This document shows positions 48,372-58,100 of a DNA stretch of 64,000 nucleotides, in pieces. How positions within the stretch are numbered: position 1 is the stretch's first letter; every line of letters begins with the position of its first letter. Below the pieces are notes generated by a model. It ran no database searches. It was given only the letters and a program-made list of their open reading frames with translations, and was not told the DNA's origin. The stretch is taken from assembly GCA_016197155.1 (NCBI GenBank), contig JACPWF010000019.1, positions 1,485-65,484 of the forward strand, in the 5' to 3' direction. This stretch comes from Candidatus Omnitrophota bacterium (GTDB lineage Bacteria; Omnitrophota; Gorgyraeia; 2-02-FULL-51-18). The translations under genes and the position numbers were made by a program.

Positions 48372-49279
48372 TCGATCTCCTTCAGGAGGGCCTCAGCCAA
48401 CTCCTTCGACTCCTCGGTTTTTCCCGAATAGTGATAGGCCCGCGCCAGCATGAGTTTGGCCGCGGTGTCCGACGGATTTTCGGCCAGGACCTCTTTCAAA
48501 AGGACTTCCGCCTTTTCATATTCACGGTCCATCAAATAAGTTTTGGCGATATTTCTTTTCAAAATATTCCGCGAGGCGGCGCTCCATTTTTTCCCATTCG
48601 CCAAAAGATCCCCGTAAAGCGCGCGGGCTTCCTCGGTCCTGCCGCCGTTGGCGGCCATCTCCGCCAGGAGCGCTTTTGCCTTCGAATTCCCCGGGTCTTC
48701 TTCAAGGGCCCTTCTCATCGCCTCTTCGGCGGGTCCGCTCTTTCCGGAAAAATAAAGGGCCTCGGCGCGCAGAAACTCGAGATTCGCGTCGGGCTTCACC
48801 GACAGGCCCTGTTCAAGCGTCTCGATCGCTTCGTCGTAGCGCTTCCGGCGGATCAGGACCTCGCCCAGCGAGGCGCGGATTTCCGCGTCTCCGGGATGGT
48901 CCTTCAAAAGATTTTTGAAAGCATCCTCGGCCTCCTGCAGTCGCCCCGCCCAGAGATAAACACCCGCGAGTTTTTGCCGGGCCCGCTCATTGTCCGGCTC
49001 GGCGTCCAACACTTTTTGGTACTGCGCGATCGACTCGTCGTAACGCCCCTGCCAGCTCAGGATCTCCGCAAGCGAGAGCCGGGCCTCGACGCGGGAGGGC
49101 TCGGCATCGAGCGTTTCCTCATAGAGGGGCGCGGCCTTTTCAAAATCCCCCTTCGAGGAATAGTCGCGGCCCTTCGAATAGGCGATGTCCGCCCGGTGCG
49201 AAAAACGGTAGAACGCGGTGAGGAATACCGCCAGAACCGCAAAGAGCGTGATGAATCCGGCGCGGCGCGCGCGGCTCAT
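48368..49279 (-). CDS. TPR-repeat protein
   Basis: 303 aa with an N-terminal TM anchor and at least six TPR motifs. Confidence 0.7.
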   Translation of the reverse strand: MSRARRAGFITLFAVLAVFLTAFYRFSHRADIAYSKGRDYSSKGDFEKAAPLYEETLDAEPSRVEARLSLAEILSWQGRYDESIAQYQKVLDAEPDNERARQKLAGVYLWAGRLQEAEDAFKNLLKDHPGDAEIRASLGEVLIRRKRYDEAIETLEQGLSVKPDANLEFLRAEALYFSGKSGPAEEAMRRALEEDPGNSKAKALLAEMAANGGRTEEARALYGDLLANGKKWSAASRNILKRNIAKTYLMDREYEKAEVLLKEVLAENPSDTAAKLMLARAYHYSGKTEESKELAEALLKEID

Positions 49280-50748
49280 GTCCGCCGCTCCGGGATGGGC
49301 AAAACAAAATAAAAAGTCGAGCCTTTTCCGTAAACGGATTGCACGCCGATTTTTCCCTGATGGCCCCGGATGATGCGGTCCGAAATGGCCAGCCCGAGGC
49401 CGGACCCCGCCTCCGCGCGCTCGGATCCGTCCGGGACCTGCGAAAAACTTTTGAAGAGCTTGGGGACATCCTCTTCGCGGATGCCGACGCCTTCGTCAAT
49501 CACCCCCACCTGCGCGGCCATGCGGGCGTACACCGTGCGGACGAGGATCCGCCCCCGTTTGGAAAATTTGATGGCGTTGGTCAAAAAGTTCGCCAGCACC
49601 TGCGCGATTTTGTCCTTGTCGCAGGTGACAAGCGGCAGGGCCTTGTCCAAATCCGTTTCAATTTTAAGCCCTTTTTTCCCGGCGACGAGGTCAAATCCCT
49701 TTTTGACTTCGAGGATCAGGGCGTTCAGGTCGTGGGGCGCCAGGTGAAACTGCGACTCGTGCGAGCCGACCTTCTGATAATCCAGGACCTTGTTGATGAA
49801 GCGGCCCAGACGTTCGACATTGCGCATCGCGCTTTCCAGGAAATGTTTTTGGCGGGTGTTGACGGGTCCGACCGTGCCGTCCTCGACGACCGCCACGCTC
49901 TCCTTGATCGCGGTGAGCGGCGTGCGAAGCTCATGCGACACCATGTTGATGAAGTCGTCCTTCAGGCGCTCGAGTTTCTTGCGTTCGGTGATGTCGTGCA
50001 CAAAGGCGCTGAAACTGCAGGAGGTCCCGGACCGCGTGGGCCAGGACGCGATCTCGGCGGGGAATTCACGGCCGTCGTGATGCGCGAGGACCATTTCGGT
50101 TCGTTTATCCAGAAAAAAACTTTCCCCCGTCTCTACAAATCGCGCGATGTCTTCTTTCACGGACTGCTTTTGGCTTGCCGGGACAATGAGGTCCCAAACG
50201 GGCCTGCCGAGGGCCTCCTCTTTTCCGAAACCGAAAAGGACCTCCGCCTGGCGGTTCCAGTCCGTGACGCGCCCGTTCTCGTCCATCGCGAAAAAAGCGT
50301 CCCCCGCGCTTTCGATGATGATGCGCGTGCGCTCGCGGCTCTCTTTGAGCGCCTCGTCCGATCGCTTGCGCTCGATCGCGTACCGAATGACGCGCGCGAG
50401 CATGCGCGGGTTCACGACCCCTTTCACCAGATAGTCCTGCGCGCCCTTTTTCACCGCCTCGAGCGCGAGCGCGTCGTCGTCCGAGCGCGCCACGATCACG
50501 ATGGGCAGGTGACGGGCCTTGGCATTCAGCCTGAGGAAAGTTTCGAGGCCAGAGCTGTCGGGCAGTTCGAGCTCGAGGAGCACCACCTCGCATTCCTCAC
50601 AAGCCACGAACCGCAGGGCCTCCGACAGCCGGTCCACATGAACGAGGTCAAACCGCGCGTCTTTTTTGTCCACGGCGGCCAACATGTCCGTAATCAGACC
50701 TACGTCCTGGGGATTGTTCTCGACGAGGAGAACTCGGGTCGCGTCCAT
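49276..50748 (-). CDS. Hybrid sensor: N-terminal receiver domain - PAS - HisKA - HATPase_c histidine kinase
   Basis: Start at MDATRVLLVENN (TTG upstream in the track). Motifs: receiver D, PAS, H-box SHELRTPL, and G1/G2 boxes (GSGLGLAI). Confidence 0.85.
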   Translation of the reverse strand: MDATRVLLVENNPQDVGLITDMLAAVDKKDARFDLVHVDRLSEALRFVACEECEVVLLELELPDSSGLETFLRLNAKARHLPIVIVARSDDDALALEAVKKGAQDYLVKGVVNPRMLARVIRYAIERKRSDEALKESRERTRIIIESAGDAFFAMDENGRVTDWNRQAEVLFGFGKEEALGRPVWDLIVPASQKQSVKEDIARFVETGESFFLDKRTEMVLAHHDGREFPAEIASWPTRSGTSCSFSAFVHDITERKKLERLKDDFINMVSHELRTPLTAIKESVAVVEDGTVGPVNTRQKHFLESAMRNVERLGRFINKVLDYQKVGSHESQFHLAPHDLNALILEVKKGFDLVAGKKGLKIETDLDKALPLVTCDKDKIAQVLANFLTNAIKFSKRGRILVRTVYARMAAQVGVIDEGVGIREEDVPKLFKSFSQVPDGSERAEAGSGLGLAISDRIIRGHQGKIGVQSVYGKGSTFYFVLPIPERRT

Positions 50749-50773
50749 AATATTTTTAATCAATTATAAGCAA

Positions 50774-50802
50774 TTTATAACACTTTTAACAAAAGGTGTC
50801 AA
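50774..50802 (-). promoter_or_regulatory. Candidate promoter TTGACA-17-TATAAA upstream of the kinase/EPS operon
   Basis: The minus strand reads cgcTTGACAccttttgttaaaagtgtTATAAAttg. Confidence 0.4.
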
Positions 50803-50843
50803 GCGAAAGGCAGGAACGAAGCGATTAAAGTGAGTTTGGGGAT

Positions 50844-52064
50844 TTAGATCGCCGTCCAGGGAACGGCGTAAACGTTGGAGGCCGCGGGATAAACCTTGCG
50901 GCCGGCGTAAATGATGATGCCTTTTGGCGCCTCCGGATGCGCTTTAAGAAATTCCCGCATGGGCCTGGTGTCCCTAAACGTGATATCTTCGGAAGATTTG
51001 ACCTCCACCCCCAAAACTTTGTTGTCGTGACGAACGACAAAATCCACTTCTGATTCTCCGGCTTTTTGTTTCCAATAAAAAATTTCGGGCATGGTCAGCC
51101 GCAATGACGCCCAAGACAAAATTTGCTGGTAAATAAAATTTTCAAAATACCTGCCCCTGACGGAGGGGCCCTTCAAATCATCCGCCCGGCGAATACCGGC
51201 CAGAAAACACGCTGATCCCGAATCAAACCAGAAATATTTTGATTGTTTGTAGACATTTTCACTTTTGACGGCGTATCCTTTGACGTCGTGCAAAAGATGG
51301 GTTTCCTTCAGCAAACTCATGTACCGGCTGACATTGGTTCTGGTTTCGCCGCAAATTTTTGACAGCTCCTCCTGCACGGATTCCCATCCGGCCGCCCGCG
51401 CGAGGGCTTCCATGAGACGCCTGAAATTCTGAGGATGCCGGATATTGACGAGATCCTGGATGTCTCTCTGAATATAGGTATCGACATAACTGCTGATCCG
51501 TTCGAGAGCGATTTTTTCGTTGGAAGCCAGGACAACACCGGGCAGAGAGCCTCTCCATACGACTTGAGGGAGGTCGGGGCTATGCTTCACGGCGGAATCC
51601 CTCAGTTCCCGCTCCGTCCAGATTTCATCAAGCAGTCCGCGCGCGGAGAGTCCTTGAATTTCCCTAAATCCAAAACCCGTCAAATGCAGATACTTCGCGC
51701 GACCCGCCAGGGTTTCGCGCGGCGCCCTGCGGAGCGAAACGTTCCCGGAACCGGAAAGAATGAAGTTTCTTTTACGCTCGGTTTTGTCCACCAGATATTT
51801 GACCGTGACAAGCAGATCGGGACACCGCTGAACTTCGTCGATGATCGTGGGTTTGTCTTCCCGCAACAGGCCTTTGGGGTCTTCTTTGGCCTGTTCAAGC
51901 GCGTCGGCATCATCCAAAGTGACATAGCGCCAGTCTTTCAAAAATTCCGCATGTTTGAGGAGCGTGCTTTTGCCCACCTGCCGCGGGCCCGTGAGAATGA
52001 CAACCGGATGCGACTCAAACGCATCTTTAAGTCTCGCCTCGAGCCATCTTGGAATATACTTCAT
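50844..52064 (-). CDS. AAA+ ATPase, DUF4143 / COG1373 family
   Basis: Walker A (GPRQVGKST), Walker B (IIDEVQ), and a C-terminal DUF4143-like region. Confidence 0.75.
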   Translation of the reverse strand: MKYIPRWLEARLKDAFESHPVVILTGPRQVGKSTLLKHAEFLKDWRYVTLDDADALEQAKEDPKGLLREDKPTIIDEVQRCPDLLVTVKYLVDKTERKRNFILSGSGNVSLRRAPRETLAGRAKYLHLTGFGFREIQGLSARGLLDEIWTERELRDSAVKHSPDLPQVVWRGSLPGVVLASNEKIALERISSYVDTYIQRDIQDLVNIRHPQNFRRLMEALARAAGWESVQEELSKICGETRTNVSRYMSLLKETHLLHDVKGYAVKSENVYKQSKYFWFDSGSACFLAGIRRADDLKGPSVRGRYFENFIYQQILSWASLRLTMPEIFYWKQKAGESEVDFVVRHDNKVLGVEVKSSEDITFRDTRPMREFLKAHPEAPKGIIIYAGRKVYPAASNVYAVPWTAI

Positions 52065-52183
52065 ATTCCCCCTCCCCTCAAAAAAGAGTATACCATAAAA
52101 TCATGCACAAAATACAATCAATTTGTGCACATATCATAACAAAAATTTGCACAGAATGAAAATCCGGAACAAACGATGAGGGT

Positions 52184-55100
52184 TTAAACCGCCTGAGCGG
52201 CCATGCGGGCGGCGAAGGCAAAGGCCCGCATTTGGGCTCCGACGGGGACCGGGCGCGGGAGGTACAAATAGAGGGCGATGATCCGAGGATCATTCGTCTG
52301 CCCCAAAATAACCAGAAGAAGTTGGGGCAGGTTATTAACGGGAAATCCGGCCGCCCTGGCCCATTCCACGAAAACGGGATTGGAGGCGGCCATGTCCGAA
52401 GCGGCGAAACGCGATTCGGTCAAGGCGGCGCGCAGGATAAAGTTGAGATTGGGAAGGCCGGGTGATTTGAGATTCACGTAAAAATAACGCTCGCCGGCCC
52501 GGGGCGCGAAGGGCCGATTCACGTCGGTGATTTTGACGGGACTCATTCCCCGAGGCGCTTGGTCGAGAATCGCCTCTGCCGCGCCAAGGCCGGTCGTCAT
52601 TTTTTTAATGGCCTCTACTCTTGCCGAATCACCGCGGAGCACAAATCGGGCGAGCGGGTCTCTCCTGGATTCAAAAACGATCGTGTAAGCCAGCATCGCC
52701 GTCATGTAGGGCGAGCTCTCGCGGGTGTAAAAATCGTCGACGTTCAGCTCGGCCGCTCCGGCCATTTTACTTAAATCTTCGTGCGCGGCGGTGAAGCGAT
52801 CGATCCGCATGAGCTCAGCGCCGAGGGCCTCTTTCAAATCGGCTTGAGAAATCTGGATCCCGGATGGGATTTGAGCGGTGGCGGTTGACGAGGCCTGATG
52901 TCTGGCCTGATACAATAAAAACGGATAATCTTTGCGCTCAATTCTGACGGCGGCCCCTCCTGTCCCGAGAACAAAAAGCGAGCCGTCTTCACTCAGCCTG
53001 ATCTCGAGCACTCTGCCGTCGAGCGCAATCAGGCCGGTTTTTCGTTGGGCATCGTAAACGAGAACGGTGAATTGGAGGAGCGATTGATCGTTTATTTGAT
53101 CAATAATTTTCTGAGAAACCGACGTAGCGAACTTGGGGTCTGACCCCGCCAAGATCCGTCGTTCTTTCCGCGCGCTGTCGGTGACCGCCAGCCTCGCGGC
53201 GCGGACTGCAGAGGACGATTTTTTCGGGCCAAAAACCCACAGGTCGACATAATTGTAGGATTGGGGGCCATTATCGAGGCCTGTAATAATCGAGCTCACG
53301 CGTGTTCGATAGCCCTCTTCGGAGTGCGCTCCTCTAACCTCATCCGCCACTTTCCTTATTTCCGCTCGGATCATTCGCCCCGCCCATTCTGGAAACAGCC
53401 CGCCATGCTCGAGGATAAAGCGGACATGCGCCAAAGTGCCGGGGGACTTTTTGCCATTGACAGCATGCGGCGCCAACTTGAATCTCAAATACCTGTCGTC
53501 AGGACTCGTTACCTCCGGACGTTTTTCCAGAAGTTCAGCTTGAATGCTCTGCCCTTCCGCCAGCCGCGCGCCGCGTGGCGCTTCCGTCGTCAAAACAAGG
53601 TTCGAGCCGTCTCCGTAAAAATGGTTTTCCGCAAACAGCCTGAGGCCAAACGTCCATAGATAGCGTGCGGATGGAATTTTGACGATCCTGTATTCCTCGT
53701 CGGTTCGCGTGTCTCTGAGAACCAATCGCGAATCTGCCCCGGCGGCATCAAATGCCTCTTCTATCGCCTTCAGCTTCAAAGCCAAAAGTTCCTGTCTTTT
53801 CGAAAGCAGTCCACTCAAAATATCGCGCGCGATGGGATTCTGACCGGCCCGTTCGATCCAGTCCCGGAGAGTGTCAGGCACACTCTCCCATCCGGCCGCC
53901 TCACTCGCAAGAGACCGCAAAAAGCGCGCAGTTTGTTGATAAACTGGGGCCTGCGCCTTGGCCATCGTCGAGGGGGACTGCGCGAAAAGCGAATAGTTTC
54001 TGTCAGCCTCAGAAACAGCGTTGTTCAAAAGCTCGACGGCCTCGTCTCTCCCCATCAAAATTCTTTGTGTTTCGGGACCATCCCCTGCCAGCCTCGCGGC
54101 CGCCGGCCGTGCGCGGCGTTCATCCGGCTGGATTTGTGCCCGTGGTTTATTGACTCCTCCAATATTGTATTTCCTCGCCACATTCAGCAAAGGTTCCGCC
54201 AGTGGATTCTTAAAATTTTCCAGATTTTTAAAAATATCCCGCAGAAGGTCTTCATTCGCGAAATTTCCAGTGTCAAAAAAAGCGTTGTATGCCTTCAAAA
54301 AATCATCTGTCAAGCGAAGCCGTCTTTTTGACCCCGCGGGAATCTTATCCAGCATGCCCAAGGCCAAGGCGGCATAATCGTTTGTGTCTTCTCCTTCCCA
54401 AGCCCCTGCGTGAGGTGTTTGACTTTTCCGATTTGCCTGTTGTTTAACGAAAGAATCGAAATAAATGGGCAATCCACGATTAAAGCTGTCCCTGGTTTGC
54501 AAATCACCGAACCAATGGTAAATCCGAACGACAACACCCCGTATCCTTGTCGCCATCCGCGCCCCCCTCGACTGCGCTCGGGACAAGCCTCGACGCGTCT
54601 CGTTGCGCTCGACTTGCTCGGGACTGGTTGGCCCTTCGCCGCGGAAGCCCTGAGCAAGGCCCGAAGGGCCGCGTCGAAGGGCCAGCCTCGCCCCAGCGCT
54701 CTCTTCCGGGCGCGCTATGAACCGAATGAAGCCCCTCTCGCAATCACTCTCAGAATAGATCCCCAAGCTCCCGGAAACCATCACAACGTCTACTAGGGCT
54801 CCATTGATTCTTCGTTTGAGCCGCCTCAGTATCTGTCCGCGGTTAACAATCTTTCTGCCCGTGAAAGTTCCAACGGTGGTCACTTCAACTATATCACCGG
54901 CCTGCCACCGGTCAAACGGCAGGGGATTTTGCGGTAAACCGACCGGAGAAATTCCTCCTTTTGAAGCATTGCTTCGAGCGGAAAGCCTCGCCCCCTGCGA
55001 AGAGTCAGAGACGGGTGACGAAATAAAATAAACAATCAGTCCCAACACCAATCCCGACGCCAGGCCAAGGAGAATATTCTCGAAGATCAAACCAAACAAC

Positions 55101-58100
55101 GCCCCAACCGCCATGCCGGAGGCTATGAATCCCGCAAGCCACATCCGGTTTGAATCCGCCAGCCGCGCGGCGGAAGAGCCGCTTGTAGTTTCGGTAAAAA
55201 TTTGAATCGCCCGGGTTTCCATCTCTACCGCGTCATTAAATGCGCGTCGGAGCGCTTCCCCGGGAAAGCCGGCAAAACCGACGCCGACGTTGATCGTGCC
55301 GTGATTGGCCAACAAAAGTTCGTTGACGCGAACGATCTTTTTGCCGACTTCCGCCGCCAGAGGGTCTCCGGGAAAGGTGTAATGGATGCTCACAATCGGC
55401 TCCTCGCCCTCACGAAGTCGAAAAGTGTGCCCAACGTTTCCGCTTGAGGCAAAACCCGTCGCCACGGGCGAATGGACATGAACCACCGCCTGCGCATCGC
55501 GCCGCGCGCGATAAATCGCCAGATGAAAAGCGGTTTCAGAGCTGGGCTTCAGATTTTCCCCAAGCCCCTTCACGCGGTGTCCCGCTTCAAGATCCACACC
55601 CACATATTCTTCCGGCCGCATGTCTTCAAAGGCTTTTCCGCTGGCTTTGATCAGGATAATATCTCTTTCGCCATTCGAAGTTTGGAGACGGACTCGGACG
55701 CTGGTGTTGCCTCCCGGTCCCACGACCAGTCTTTTCTGGGCAATTTGCCTGCCAACCGCTGTCAAAACCTCCCGCGCGCTTGCAATCGCATGGTCACTGG
55801 CCAAATTTTCGCCCAAATCCATCACTTCGGCTTTTGTTTCAACCGGTTTTCCTTCCAGCTCCGCCTGACGGTCCAACTCAATGGGCGATCCCAAGAGATC
55901 ATTCGCCTCCTCCTCACTCAGCCCCGTAGGCCTTCCGAGAATTTCCGACACCATCCTCGTCCGAATCGAATCCACTTCAACCATCGCGCGGAAAAGAGCT
56001 TCCCTTGAATTGGTGCCGACAGCGATGAGGCCGTGACGCGTGGTCATCACAACGGTATGCCCCGTCATGGCCTCGGCGATTTTCGGGTCCTCATCAACCA
56101 GCAAAAGCGGCCCTCTTTCTTTCGGCAAGGCGATATGGTCCGGCGTCACCAGAGGCAGAAGCGTTTCCGGAGCATTCCATTCATTCTCGTCAAACCGTTT
56201 TGCCAAAAGCGCCTGCGCGGCGGCGGGCCTTGACTGCACGATGAATTGGACTTTTTTATTTTTTTCATAAATAGCCCGGTGAATTTGCTCAATTTCTTCC
56301 GTCGCCTCCCCCGCAAAAATAACACTCTCACCCACGCGCATGCTGACCACCGCGTAATCGAGCCCCTCTTCTTGACAGCGCGCCAGTAAAGGTTGAAGCT
56401 CTCCCCGTAGCCACTGCGCTTCGCTAGTCAGCGCCGTCCGGGCGGCAGATTCGATCAGCCTGTTGACTTCTCTCAGAAACCGGCCGGGATATTCAGGATT
56501 TTCGAAACTCCGCATTTCCCTTTGTTCGATGGCCGCAATACCCTTTTGCTCCGCGCGGCCGAGAGTGTCCGTATAACCACTGACGATCAAGATACGAGAC
56601 TTATCAATATGTGCCTCCTGAAGAGAAGTTAAGATCTCCAAGAGAACCGTCGGATTGCTTCCGCTATACACGGCGATCACCAGATCCGGAGGGTTTCCAT
56701 CCGATTTCAGAAACGCTGGCACAGTGTCGAACGAATCGACATGATATTGGCCTGACAAGGCCGCCATCTCTTTCTCCGTAGATCGTGCGTCACCGATTAC
56801 CACAACGTGGGGGAGTTGCGCCGCCAAACCCGCTAGCCGCGCCCCCGGTATTTCCGGCGTGAAAATTTCCCGGCGGCCTCTTTGAGCCCAGACATTTCCC
56901 TTCAGTCCCGACATGGCCTCAACCTTCGGAGAAGGCAGTCCAAACCGGTCCGCGGTAAGTTCGCCTATCAGGACGGCGATGGCAAAACCGTACTCGATTG
57001 CCGCTTGAAAATAGTCCGAGGCCCCCGGAGTCCGGTTCGTAAAAAAGTAGGTGTTGTACCCGCCCGCCCACGGCGCCAGATAATCGATCTCGATCATATC
57101 CTTTTCAGAATCGAGCCCAACCTCCTTCCCCGCCTCCAAAAACGCCCTGCGGAAAAGTTTTGTTGTCGTCCGGTGATGCGGATGGCTGTCCTCTTCGTGC
57201 GGAAGGATGTAAATAAATGGAGTGCCGCGCGCTTTGGCGGTTAAAATTGCATACCGATTGGCTTTGAAATACGCCCGCGCGATCCCGAGCGCCGTCGGAT
57301 ATTCCTCATCCCACAACCACTCCGGAGGACCGCCGACCCGGTGCGCGTAGGCGGGGAGCAACAAATCAAGCCACTTGACCTCGAGCGGCTTCGGCATTCC
57401 CTCTGAAAGAATCGAGGAAGCCTTTTCCACTTCCAGGCGCCGGATAACGCGCCGCGCGACCTGTTCGAGGCCGACGGACATTTCCTTTCCCGCAGTCCAA
57501 TGGGAAACTTCGAGTTTTAGATTCTCAACTTCGCCAAACGTCGTGTACCGCGTCTCAAAATCTCTTCGAGCATCGCCCGGGAGTTTCTCCAAATCAAGCT
57601 CCGAAATAACCCGCCGATACACCCCGTGTTCTCTTTGAATTCTCTCCCAAAACGCGCGCGCCTCTTCCTCGTTCAAACTTTTTAGGTACCCGATCGCAGC
57701 CGCCACCTGATCATCGCTCAAACGAGCCACCCCGCTGTCTCCCGCGCCGGCCACCCAGTTTTGAACCGAAATGCCCGCCCTGAGCGAATTAAGAATAAGG
57801 CCCGCCAGCGCGATCACGTCATCGTCCGGATGCGGAGATAAAATGACGAGCGGGTACGCACGACTTATTTTTCCCAAAATATTTTTTGCCTGTTCCGGAG
57901 TAACCGGGGTCGCGTTTCCTTCGGCATCATAATGCATCACCGTGACGGGATTGGCATGCCCGGCCGAATCCTCCAGAAGACCTCTGATCTTGCCCATCGA
58001 GGCCCCGTATTTTGCCAGCCACTTCAGCACCGCTTCATAACCCGTTCTAAAAAGCTGCGTCAAATGAGCGCGAAGCGCCGAAAGGGCCTTTTCCAAATCC

